Of a DNA stretch of 64,000 nt, positions 1 to 11,390 are shown one piece after another. Each line of letters starts with the position of its first letter. Within the stretch, counting starts at the first letter, position 1. A program made the position numbers and the translations under genes. This stretch comes from Callorhinchus milii (taxonomy: Eukaryota). The stretch covers positions 53,694,001-53,758,000 of the forward strand of contig NW_024704742.1 in the NCBI RefSeq assembly GCF_018977255.1, read 5' to 3'. The notes under the pieces are model-generated. The model was not told the origin of the DNA. It searched no databases and saw only the letters and a list, made by a program, of their open reading frames with translations.

Positions 1-205
1 GAAACAGGAGTAGTCCATTCATCCCCTCGAGCCATTCTATAAGACCGTGGCTGATCTGTACCTCAAGTCCAATTACCCGCCCTTGCCCTCTATCCCTTAA
101 TACCCTGACCTAACAAATGTCCATCCACCTCAGTTTTGAAGCTGTGAACGGATCTAGCATTCACAATGTTTTGGGGGAGAGAGTTCCAGATTTGGGGAGT
201 GTGTT
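1..205 (-). mobile_element. CR1 LINE 3' end fragment
   Basis: Reverse complement resembles the CR1 3' UTR seen at 25440-25585 and 53990-54100 (gaatggactactcctg, gtattaagggata). Confidence 0.7.
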
Positions 206-642
206 CCAGATCTATTATTAACTAAATATTAACTAAAATTTGCTGCACCTAATTTGGCTGCCCCCTTCGCCCACAAAACGCACAGTCACTCCACATTACA
301 GGATATATTATGCAGCATTTTGAGACTCCTTCTTGACCCTAAACCAAATGAAAGGTTTATTATCATTATTTTAAAAGAGGATACTGACTTAATTCAGTCT
401 ACATCCTGTGAAGCACCATTTGTTCTAATGCTGGAATCAGGAAAGTCGCAAATCAGTTAAATATATGAAGGAAATGGTATTACTCTTTTTCCGGAGCTAA
501 TACACTATTTAGATATGTGCCACTATCAGTAGAGAGAAAATCAGATAGAGATTACTGAGGCTGCTTATAGCTAAGGTACATTTAATGCATTTCATAATTC
601 TCACATTAAACGCATCGTAAAATACTACAAAGGTCACCCCAT

Positions 643-760
643 TAATAATAATAATAATCCTTGCATTTGATATAGTACCTTATTACATCTTTGAGACATC
701 TCAAAGCGCTTCACAGAATATACTGTGAAGTGAATTGACTGTATATTTGGTGGGTGATTT
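643..760 (-). mobile_element. 5'-truncated SINE tail, representative of dozens of short tail-only copies in the window
   Basis: aataataataatccttgcatttgatatag...tctcaaagcgcttcacagaatatactg is the reverse complement of the SINE 3' end at 32560-32646. Confidence 0.8.
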
Positions 761-3715
761 CTGAAGTCTCTCCTTTTAATAAATGTTAACAAATTGTACA
801 GAATTAATGGTGTAGAGTCAACAAATGCCCCTCTGCTGGGTGCTTTTTTTACCTACAGCCACTGGCACTTCACAGTAAATCTTGTGAAATGCTTTGAGAA
901 GTCCTCCTGATGCTATATTAAATGCAAATATATCGTTTTTAAAATTATTTTCCAGTTCTTTAACTTTGTAATGACTTAACAGTCACTATTTGAGCCTTGG
1001 TGAATTATTGCATCACTTAAATGGGAGGTTAAACATGATTACAATCTCATCTGCAAAACTTTGAGTGAACATTTGTTCCTTTTTTAAATGTGAACTTTGT
1101 GAAGCTGTAGAGCAGGGGATTAAAGTAAACCAATTCAAAACGTCAAGAGTGCCACCTCTAACCAGACATTATAACCTGGGACATTGTTGTGTAATTTAGC
1201 TTTTCTTCTAGTTGCCTCCCTCAAAATTGATAGTTCCAAACAGCTATTCTGACAAGCATTCTCTCTTTTATAATTTGACTTTCATTCTAAATGAAAATTC
1301 GTTCTGCAAAGTAGGGACATTAGATCTTCATTAAATGGCAAAAATTAAATTGTTTGCAGCTTGTGAGATGTCGTTTTGTTGCATCTTTCAATGAAATCTA
1401 ATTAATAATTCACTTTTGTTCAGCTTTTCTTAAGCAATTTTGCACAGGAAATCCATAAGTTATAGTTCAAGATATCATTAGGAGCAATTCCGTACACAGT
1501 AGTGGAATGAAAATGTTAAATCACCATTTACAGAAAATCAAGGAATGAAATGCGATTTAAAAATGGCCCACAATCTAGGGCAACATAATGGAAGACGTTA
1601 CAATCTAAAATAATTATTTTGCATGGAATTATCTTATCAAGGGAGCATCTAGGCTTGAAAGATGCACACAACGTCAAGTAACAGTAGCGTAGCTTTTAAT
1701 GCTGAATAAAAATGGTCTGAATGCAATTATCCTCAATATTATGTATAAAAGCTTCATTATAATCCACATAAGTGTTTAATCTCTTCAGGCTACTAGGTAC
1801 TAAATGAGTACCAAAAATGTAATCATGGCTCTAAACTGAGCAGTTATTTCTGATTTACAATCCCTCAAATGATGGGCAAGATCCTTTTGATTTTCCAATC
1901 AGCTGTATAACATCATTATTATTATTATTTATATTATTTCAAAGTTACTGTTTCTTAAATAGAATTATTTTGATGCTTCTTTCTCAGAATAACAACCTGT
2001 GTCTGCAGTGATTAATGCCATCACCATGAAATGCAGAGATTCTCTCTAATCCTAACAAGTTGTTGAACTTTAAATAAGTTCATGTTACGTGTTCTGCCTT
2101 TGCAATTCTTGATTACTAGAAAGGAATAGGGCAAGTTGACAGTTCAATGCATGTTTAAAATTCAGTGTGCTCTTGTCACTTTCTGAAAACTTTTCAATTT
2201 TATTTAAGAAAGAAAGTGTAAAACTGGAGAGCTTTTTTAAAATCATTATAGTCCATTGGTATATGGAATAGTGACCACTAACACCTAGCAAATGTAATAG
2301 TCCACAAGAGTTTCAAATCAGGTGCCATATCATATTTTTTCAGGAAATCTAGTCATTCTATTATAGACAGTCTTTATGTTCAAAACAATCAGACAGAAAG
2401 AAACCCTCTTAAAATCACTTCCTGGTTTTTCATATAAAATTAAATCAGAAGATATATCTGGGGTCAAGATTTATATATAAACACATTATAAGCATAACAA
2501 AAACTTGCATTTATATAGCACCCTTCATGCCGGACAGCGTCTCGGAGAGTTTATATATATTAGATTTTTTTTCCACATTATCCAGTTCATTTTAATTTAT
2601 CTCTTGCTTTAATGTTTAGTCTTTGAACTTAGATATTGAGTTCATTAATATATCTTTCCCCCTCCCAATCTCTTCTGATACTTCTGTCCTGAATGAAAAA
2701 GATTCTCTCTATGTTCATGTTGTGCAATCTTGCAAGCAGCGTGAGAGTGACAGAATACCATGACTGCAGATCCAATCAAATTAAATTATGCATGCTTCTA
2801 TTTTAGATTCATATCTGAAATCTATAGATTCACTGAAATAGAGTTAGATTTAGACTAATCTATAGATTGCAGAGCTCTGAGACAATGCAATGCGTGAAGG
2901 GCGCTATGTGAATGCAAATTGCTGTTGTTGTCATACGCATGCAGATATATTTATCTTGTGTCATTCCTACTGGAAACAAAAATGTGATGTCTCATGTGTT
3001 TAGGACCACCATGTTGGTTTGTACACAAAAGAGAATAGGAATCTGATTTAGGAAAATGAGATGCATTTGGTCTGCATTTCAACCTTTTAATATCCTTGCC
3101 ATTTTCTTTGTGAGCAATAAAATATATGAAGACTTGGATCGTTTAGTTTTACTGTTGTTTGTTTATCCGTTATTACACAGAGTGGTGAAATTCTAAATCA
3201 GTGTCTCTATCCTGCAAATGAATGCCTATTGACATTCCAGTTGCTACAGCACTTCAGTCTTAAGGAAAAAAGAGGTGAAAGCTGATACGTGCCGGTGACA
3301 GAAAACTTTACTTTTTAAACTTATCATTTAAAACACATTTGTTCAATCACAGAAACTGATGGCCTCAGCTTAAAATAACACACTTTCATGCAGTTAAAAT
3401 CACCTGAAGCATAGCAGCTAAAAAGAGTAACATACTCCATCTGACAAACAGGATTAGGACTAGGCATGTACCTAACTAACAATGAATTTGTAAAAACGGA
3501 CTGCGTGTTACATTGAGTCCATGCTGCTGTTTTTCTCCACATAAACCACAATAATACTTACATTCAATTTAATGTATTTCATGTTGGGAAGACATCCCAA
3601 AGCACTTTACAGGATTTTCAATGAGCCACCAAGGTGAAATGAGTCACCTAATCTAATCCCACTCTTCTGTACACTTCTTTTGAATATTCCTTTCACAAGG
3701 ATCTATCTAATTCTT

Positions 3716-5442
3716 CATAGAATCATACAATTATATAGCATAGAAGGAGGCCATTTGACCCATCGTGTCTATGCTGGATGTTTGGAAAGAGCTATCCAAT
3801 TCAATCCCACCCCCTGCTCTCTCCCTATAGCCCTACAAACTTGTCCTCCCCAAATAATTATCTACTTTTCTCTTAAAAGTTGTTATCGAATCGGCTTCCA
3901 CCACTCTTTCAGGCAATGCATTCCAGATCCGAACAACTCGCTGTGTGAAAAAATTTCTCCTCACCTCCCTCTGTTTCTTTTAACAACTATTTTAAATCGG
4001 TGCCCTCGGGTTACCGACCCACCCATCAGTGGAAATAGTTTCTCCTTGTTCACCCTATCGAATCCCCTCATAATTTTGAAAACTTCTATTAAGTCTCCTC
4101 TTAACCTTCTCTGCTCCAAGGAGAATAATCTTAGCTTCTCTAGTCTCTCCTGATAACTGAAGTCCATCATTCCTGGTACCATCCTGTTAAATCTCCTTTG
4201 CACCCTCTCCAATGCCTTGACATCCTTCCTAAAGTGTGAGAACTGACACAGAACTGTCAGTTGGCCAGAACTGAACCCAGTCTTTAGCTGAGGCCTAACC
4301 AGTGTTTTATAAAGGTTCATCATAACTTCCTGACATTTGTATTCTATGCCCCTAGTTATAAAGCCTATTGTCCCATATGCTTTTTTAACAGCTTTATCCA
4401 CCTGTCCAGCCACCTTCAAAGATTTACTTATATGAACCCCCAGGTCTCTCTGTTCCTTCACCCCCTTTAAGATTGTACCATCAGCTTATATTGCCTCTCC
4501 TCATTCTTCCTACCAAAATGCACCACTTCACATTTCTCCACATTAAACTTTATCTGCCATGTGTCTGCCCATTTTACCAGTCTGTCTATGTCCTCTTGCA
4601 GTCTGCTACTATCCTCCTCACTTTTATTACTTTTCCTATCTTAGTGTCAACTGGAAACTTAGAAATTGTACTCCCTATACCCAAGTCCAGGTCATTTATA
4701 TAGATCAAAAACAGCAGGGGTCCCAATGCCGATTCCTGGGGGACACCACAGCACATGTTCCTCCAGTAAGAAAAACAACCATTCACCACTACTCTCTGCT
4801 TTCTGTCTCCCAGCCAGTTCTGTATCCATGCTGCCACTCTCCCTTTGGGCTTCTATTTTGCTTACAAGTCTCTTATGTGGCACTTTATCAAATGCCTTTT
4901 GAAAATCTATATAAACTACATCAACTACACTACCTTCATCCATCCTTTCCATTCCTTCATCAAAAAACTCAGGTTTGTTAGGCATGATTTACCTTTAACA
5001 AATCCGTGTTGGCTGTCCTTTATTAACCCATATTTTGCTAAGTGAAAATTATTTTGTCCCAGATTATTGTCTCTAGAAGTTTCCCCACTACTGATTTTAA
5101 GTTGACTGGCCTGTATTTCCCGGGTTTATCCTTCTGCCCCTTTTTGTACAGGGGAGTAACATTTGCAACCCTCCAGTCCTCTGGCACCATCCCAGCGTCA
5201 AAGGAGGATTGAAAGATTTTGGCCAGAGCCTCCGTTATTTCCACCCTTACTTCCCTCAGTAACCTAGGATATATCCGAACCGGGTGACTTATCTGCCTTG
5301 AGCACCGACAACCTTTTTAATACCTCCTCTCGGTTTATTCTTATCTTATCCAATTTCTCTACACTCTTCTCCAATACTGTGGCATTGGCTGGCCCTTCAT
5401 CTTTTGTGAAGACAGATGAAGTACTCATTCAGTAAAATACTC
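3716..5442 (-). mobile_element. CR1 LINE, 5'-truncated, degraded ORF2 (RT domain and C-terminus), inserted into an older CR1 3' UTR
   Basis: ORF fragments VPEDWRVANVTPLYKKG, YIDFQKAFDKVPHKRL, GVPQESALGPLLFLIYINDLD, LERVQRRF..LEQRRLRGDLIEVFKI. ATTCTATG-type 3' end at 3716. Candidate TSD attctt at 3710-3715 and 5443-5448. Confidence 0.95.
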
Positions 5443-6324
5443 ATTCTTGTTTGAAATAATTCATGAAATCTGCTTCAACTATGTTTTGCGGCAGTGAAAT
5501 CTATATTCTAACCACTCTCTGTGTTAATGTCTTCTAACCTTCCATTTTAATTCCTTTTGTGAAAGCACCAAACAAAATAATATTTTGTAAGCAGCACCTG
5601 CCTAAACCTCAGTCATACCAGGTTCCTTTGTATTTAACTGCAGCACAAAATGTAATGCACTTGTTACTGTTTTTCACCCAGATTACCATGAGTAGGTAAT
5701 TTGAAAGTGAAGCTCAAATCTTTTAACTCTGTTTTGATTCATTCCATGAAGGCTATCTGGGAGTGATGACTAATCAGTAATCTCATGCAGGGTTAAGATA
5801 ACAATATAAACCACCGAATGAACTGGGGCTATTTCAGAACCACTATGTGCACCTCTTGAACAAAATTGCAGCCTGAAAATCACAACAAAGTAGCTATTAT
5901 TTTTGATAATAAGAGACTGAAATTCTCTGCAGTGGAATTTTATTTTTCACCCTCCAATTTTCTCCTTCAAATTGTCTCCCGACCCCCTCCTCCTTCTTGG
6001 ACTTCGGATAATGTTTGATGGGTGCATGTTAACCTCTGCCAAGTGTATTCACCTTGACAGCAAATCTTGGCAAACTATTCAGCCAAGAGAGGATGCATTA
6101 CAAATGAGACTGTCTTTGTCCTCATGTCAACACATGTACACCTTCAACAGGGGGGCCATTAGAAAATGACCAGGAGCAGGAAGCATGACTAATTTCTGAG
6201 GCTAATTGAACTGCCCTCTCTCTCCCTCCTTCAGCAGCCCAGGCCAAGTTCAGATAACTCAGCTCAATGCAGGAATCGAATCTGGATGCATGTTCCTAGA
6301 AAAACTAAACACATAATCAACACG

Positions 6325-6530
6325 TATTTATTTAGCGCTCTTCATGTGCGGTAGCATCGCTGAGTGCTTAACAGTGGCAAAGCTTGACGTCGAGCAAGTG
6401 AGAGCGGGATGGAAGGGGGAGGTCGAAGGAGAAAGTGTTTAGGAGCGATATGAAAATGGACAAGGAGGGGGCAATATGGAGGGATTGAAGTAGAGAGTTC
6501 CAGAGTCTGAAGCATAGTGGCTGAACATTA
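6325..6530 (-). mobile_element. Old L2 LINE 3' fragment
   Basis: Encodes RLWNSLLQSLHIAPSLSIF, matching the L2 ORF2 C-terminus of the younger copies, followed by an L2-type tail. Confidence 0.75.
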
Positions 6531-6597
6531 TAAACATTTTCTTTAAGCATGAGTCTGAAAAGGTTTAGCTAGTCCCACTTTCAGTCTTCATTTAAGT

Positions 6598-7285
6598 GTC
6601 AGCTTGGCTTTCTCAGTCGTACTCTCACCTCTGAGTTAATAATAACAATGCTTGCATTTGAATTTTTGGTTTAGAGCCTTATCTCGTCATCAAGACATCT
6701 CAAAGCATTTCACAGGATTTATTATAAATGGATTGACTGTGTATTTTGTGGGCGAATACAGCAGGGAATTTGCACACAGCAATGTCTCACAAACAATTTT
6801 TGTGGGAACCAATTTTGTTATTTAGAAGACTGTTGGCCAGGAACCGGGAGAAACTCCCTTCTCTTCTCGAATAGTACTGTGGGATCTTTAGCGTTCACCT
6901 GAACAGGCAGACAGGACCTTGGTTTAATATCTCACCTCCGACAATGCAACACACCTCCATTGCATTGGAGTGTCATCTTATGTCTATGTTATTCCACGTC
7001 CTGACATGGGGCTTGAACCACAGCCTTCTGATTCAGAGACGAGAGTATGGCAAGCTGATTCATTGCATCAGGCTGACACACAAGTTGTAGGTTCAAATCT
7101 CACATGGGGACTGACACTCCGGTACAATGTTGTAAGTGTGCTGCAATGTTAAGAGTTGACATTCTTTGGATATGATATCAAACTGAGGACCTTTCTAACT
7201 CTGCAGGTTGACAATAAAGATCCAACAGATCTTCTCTTCTCACAGAGAAGGGAGTTTCTCCTGGTGTCTTGGCCAACAATCCTGC
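6598..7285. mobile_element. Two long tRNA-derived Deu-like SINEs nested in opposite orientation (+ host 6598-6636 and 7079-7285; - insert 6637-7078)
   Basis: The host head ...cctctgagt is interrupted and resumes as cacaagttgtaggttcaa. The insert is a reverse-complement SINE with the tgctgtgtgcaaatt core and a TTA tail. Confidence 0.75.
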
Positions 7286-7289
7286 CATT

Positions 7290-7838
7290 TGATAAGATCA
7301 TGGCTGATCTTCAGATCTATTTCTAATTACCTGCCCTATCCCCATATCCCCTAATCCCTCTATTTTTAAAAAAATTTATTTGAGTCTCAGCCTTGAAGAT
7401 GTTCAAGGACTGAGCATCTACAGCCTTCTGGGGTAGTGAATTCCATAACTTCACTACCCTCTGAGTGAAGAAATGTTTCCTCAACTCTGTTCTAAAAGGC
7501 TGACCCTTAATTTTATGACTGTGACCCCTGGTTATAGATTCTCCTACCAGGGGAAACAGTCCCTCAGTGTCTACTTTATCCAGCCCTTTAAGAATCTTAT
7601 ATGTTTCAATAAGATCTCCCCTAATTCTTCTGTACTCTAGAGAATAGAGCCCTAGTTTATTCAGCCTATCCTCATAGGTCAGTCCCCTCATCCCAGGAAC
7701 TAACCGAGTGAATCTACGCTGCACCCACTCTAGAGCAAGTATGTCCTTTTTTAAATAAGGAGACCAAAACTGCACATAATACTCTAGGTGCGGTCTCACC
7801 AAGGCCCTATACAGTTGCAGCAAGATTTCCCTACTCTG
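7290..7838 (-). mobile_element. CR1 LINE 3' portion (second subfamily)
   Basis: ORF LYRALVRPHLEYYVQFWSPYLKKDILALEWVQRRFTRL...FFTQRVVKLWNSLP. Confidence 0.95.
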
Positions 7839-8826
7839 TGACCAGGGCTCAATCAGCCTCCTTGGCCTCTTGGACCTCTCCGTGGCGTTCAACACAGTCG
7901 ATCGCGCCATCCTCCTCCACCGCCTTTCATCTGTAATCTATTTCAGAGGGACCGCACTCGCCTGGTTTGAGTCCTACCTCACAAACCACCAGCAGTACAT
8001 CTGCACAAACGGCTTCTCCTCCCGCTCTCACCCGGTTACCTGCGGGGTACCCCAAGGATCCATCCTTGGCCCCTTCCTCTTTCCGATCTACATCCTCCCT
8101 CTTGGGGATGTCATCCGAAGACATGGGGCACACTTCCACATGTATGCGGACGACACCCAACTCTATTTTTCCACCTCTCTTTGCGACCCCCAGTCCCCTG
8201 ATGTTCTGTCAGCCTGCCTGTTGGATCTCAGGAGCTGGCTGAGCGCAAATATCCTTCAGCTGAACGTTGACAAGACAGAAACCATACTCTTTGGCTCTCA
8301 TCAATGTCTAAAATCACACAATTCTCACCTTCTCCACCTACCCGACCTCCCCCTAAAACTCTCCGAACCTGTACGCAACCGAGGTGTCTGGTTCGACCCC
8401 CAATTATCCTTCCTCCCCCACATCCAGTCCCTCACCAGCACCGCTTTCTTCCCCCTCCCACGCATCGCTCATCTCCGTTACTGTGAACAACAGCAACAAC
8501 AACTTGGATTTATATAGCGCCCTCCACGCTGGACTGCATCTCAGAGCGCTTCACAGTAACGGATCCTGGGGCCGAGTCAGGGGGAGGGGAAGGAAGGTGA
8601 TCAAAGGTGCGGTCGAAAAGAAAGGTCTTCAGCAGAGACCTGAAAATAAGAAGAGAGGGAACGAGGCGAAGGGAGTGAGGAAGGGAATTCCAGTGCCTCG
8701 GGGCATAGTGGCTGAAGGCACGGCCACCGAGGGTGGAGCGGAGGACTTGGGGGAGTGAAGCGCTTTGAGACGCTGTCCGGCTGGAGGGTGCTATACAAAT
8801 CCAAGTTGTTGTTGTTATTGTTGTTA
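7839..8826 (+). mobile_element. L2 LINE RT fragment with internal deletion; tail at 8755-8826 split off by a second L2
   Basis: [33 protein letters not shown]; (TTG)n tail at 8805-8826. Confidence 0.9.
8488..8754 (-). mobile_element. 5'-truncated L2 3' end inserted into the tail of another L2
   Basis: (CAA)n tail at 8488; peptide GGRAFSHYAPRHWNSLP..LKTFLF; gtgaa duplicated at 8483-8487 and 8755-8759. Confidence 0.85.
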
Positions 8827-10439
8827 TCTCAACTCGCACTGCCGATTTCAATGTATCTTTCTTTCCTACAATCAGCCATGAACAATTTTATCCTGTGGCG
8901 GTCGGGGGGTCGGAGGGGTTTGTTGGCCAGGACACAAGGAGAAATTCCATTCTCCCTAAAAGATCTTAATTTTTCTGCCATGCTTTTGGATTGTAAAACT
9001 CAAAAAATTGTATGTTTTCCACCATACCTTCTGTCACTTACAATGTCTCCAACTTCTTGCTCAGTGCCAAACCTTCCATTGCTTTGGGATTTTTTTTCAC
9101 ATGAATGGCATTGCATAAAACAAGTTCTTATTGACCAATATTAAGTTGAATTAGAACAGTTTTAAAAATAGCCAATTCAATAAAAAGTGCTGAACAAATA
9201 GCACAATGAAAGTTTATGCTCCAACACAAATGTTCCCTGGGGGTCATCAAAGCAAGGTAACCGGCTAGAATTGACAGCAGGTTTTTCTTTGTTTACTGTT
9301 CCAGGTCATCTAGCTGGACAAACAGCCCCCACTGAGACAATAATGGCCGTTTAAAAGTAAATAAAAGGGAGTACTACCTGCATAACCCTCCCAAACACCT
9401 CAGCAACCAGTGTTTCAATGCTGGATGATAAAATATAAATGGTTATTGCTCAACAAACAGATTCAGAGTGCATGGCTTTGCAAAGTTTCATCTTTCCCCA
9501 AAGGTAAATCAAACAAAGCTGCAGAAAATCTGCCTGATCTTACATCATATATCCTACATCCTTGACTGTTTGCCTTCCTTGATACCAGGGGTTTGCATAG
9601 GTTTTACAGGACTTGAAAATCTGGAACTGGACTCCCATGAGCAGCTATTAGGTATGCCTGGTATTAATCAGTTTCCAACTCTACAGTACACCAATAAAAT
9701 ACTGAATATTGGAAATGAGCTCATTAATCCCAAATCACTTTGACAATCTTAATACAGACGCTATGGTGTACAATACTATCTATGTTGCACTTTTCATGTT
9801 GAGAGGATGTCTCAATGAATTTTACACGCCAACGGTGGAGGAGCTGAAGAGAGTGAGGGTAGAGGAAGATGACCTAAAGCATCGGTCAATGAAGTGGGTT
9901 TTGAAAGTGGAGAAGGAGGGAACAATCAGAGGGACTCCGGGCTGGAATTCCAGAGATCAATGGTGGAGCAGTTAGGGAGGGGATGTGAATCAGCCCGGAA
10001 TTCACTGAGCGAAGGGAGCATTCATATAATTGGGAGATGAATCATTTCTAGAAGTGGATCATACCCTGGGAGAATGCAGGAGCTGACTTTTTAAAAGCCT
10101 CTGTTTATGGAAGCTAAAGTCATTAGTAAAATCCCATCATCACTTGTCTGGAACTAAAATGAACTAACGACTCTGTATTCCCAGAGTGCAAACAGGGAGA
10201 ACTCACTTCGGCATACAGCACAGGCAACAATTGACACCAGGGACACTGTTTTCACTCTGAACTGTTACCCTTCCTACAAATTTAGGAATTATATTCTGTG
10301 AAGACGGTTACAAATCCCTCCTGTCGGCGTTGCTGTGCTGTGAAACACAATCCCATTTACTGTCGTTTCCCTGTTTGTAATGAGACATACCTTGTTCTCT
10401 CACTGCTCCTTTTATCTGTTTGTAATATATTTTGCTCTG

Positions 10440-10670
10440 TCATCTGTTTGCTTCTGTTCCTCTAAGTTTGCTATAAGATTGTTTTTCCTTTGTCTGCTGT
10501 TTGTTTTTATTCCTAGATATAAGATTGCTTTCATTCTTTCTACTGTCTCTATTCATCTAGGCATGATATAAGATTGCTTTGCCTCTGATTACTCCCTCTA
10601 GTCCTCTAGGTGTGATAAAAAAAATGCTTGCCCTCTCTCTATGTTTCTGTTCCTCTCAGTGTGATTGTTT
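10440..10670. repeat. Degenerate ~47-bp tandem repeat, 4-5 units
   Basis: ataagattg recurs at 10473, 10519 and 10568, with a variant at 10615; each is preceded by a tt(c)ctctagg-like motif. Confidence 0.7.
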
Positions 10671-10879
10671 TCCACCGTCTATTGTTCTCTTTCATTGTTA
10701 ATGAATAGTTGTTCTTCCAGCTGTTGCTTCCTTTCTTGTGACATCAAACTGACGGGTGTTGCTCTCACTCTTTATCTCTCTGTTGCATTGGCTGTGACAT
10801 GGAATAACTCACCTGCTTGAAGGTAGTGAATCAAATTAGTTAGGTCACAGTGTTCCACCAATACTTCAACTTATTTTCC

Positions 10880-11390
10880 ATCAGTGAGCCTAGACACTGA
10901 GTCTAGACAGTCTAGACTGTGAGTCTAGATAGTCAAAACAGTGAACCTAGATAGCTTAGACAGTGAACCCAGACAGTGAGTCTAGATAGTCTAGACAGTG
11001 AATCTAGATAGTTTGGATAGTAAGCCTAGATAGTCCAGATAGTAAACCTAGATAGTAGCCTAGATAGTCTAGACAGTGAACTGGGATAGTCTAGACAGTG
11101 AACTGGGATAGTTTAGACAGTGAACCACGATAGTCTAGACAGTGAACTGAGATAGTCTAGATAGTGAACCTAGATAGTTTAGACAGTGAACTGGGATAGT
11201 CTAGACAATAAGCCTAAATTGTCCAGATAGTGAGTCGAAACAGTCGAGACAGTGAGTCTAGACAGTGAGCCTAGACAGTGAACATAGATAGTGTAGACAG
11301 CAATCTTAGACAGTTTAGACAGTGGGCCTAGACAATATAGACAGCAAGCTTATTCATTGAGCCTAGAGAGTCTAGACAGTGAGCCTAGAA
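10880..11390. repeat. Minisatellite, ~22-bp unit TAGATAGTCTAGACAGTGAACC (9-bp plus 13-bp subunits)
   Basis: Direct reading of repeated (t/c)ctaga(c/t)agt motifs over ~510 bp. Confidence 0.9.

Noticed and set aside
10880..11390. CRISPR-like array
   Set aside because: Contiguous degenerate tandem units, no unique spacers, no cas genes, vertebrate context.
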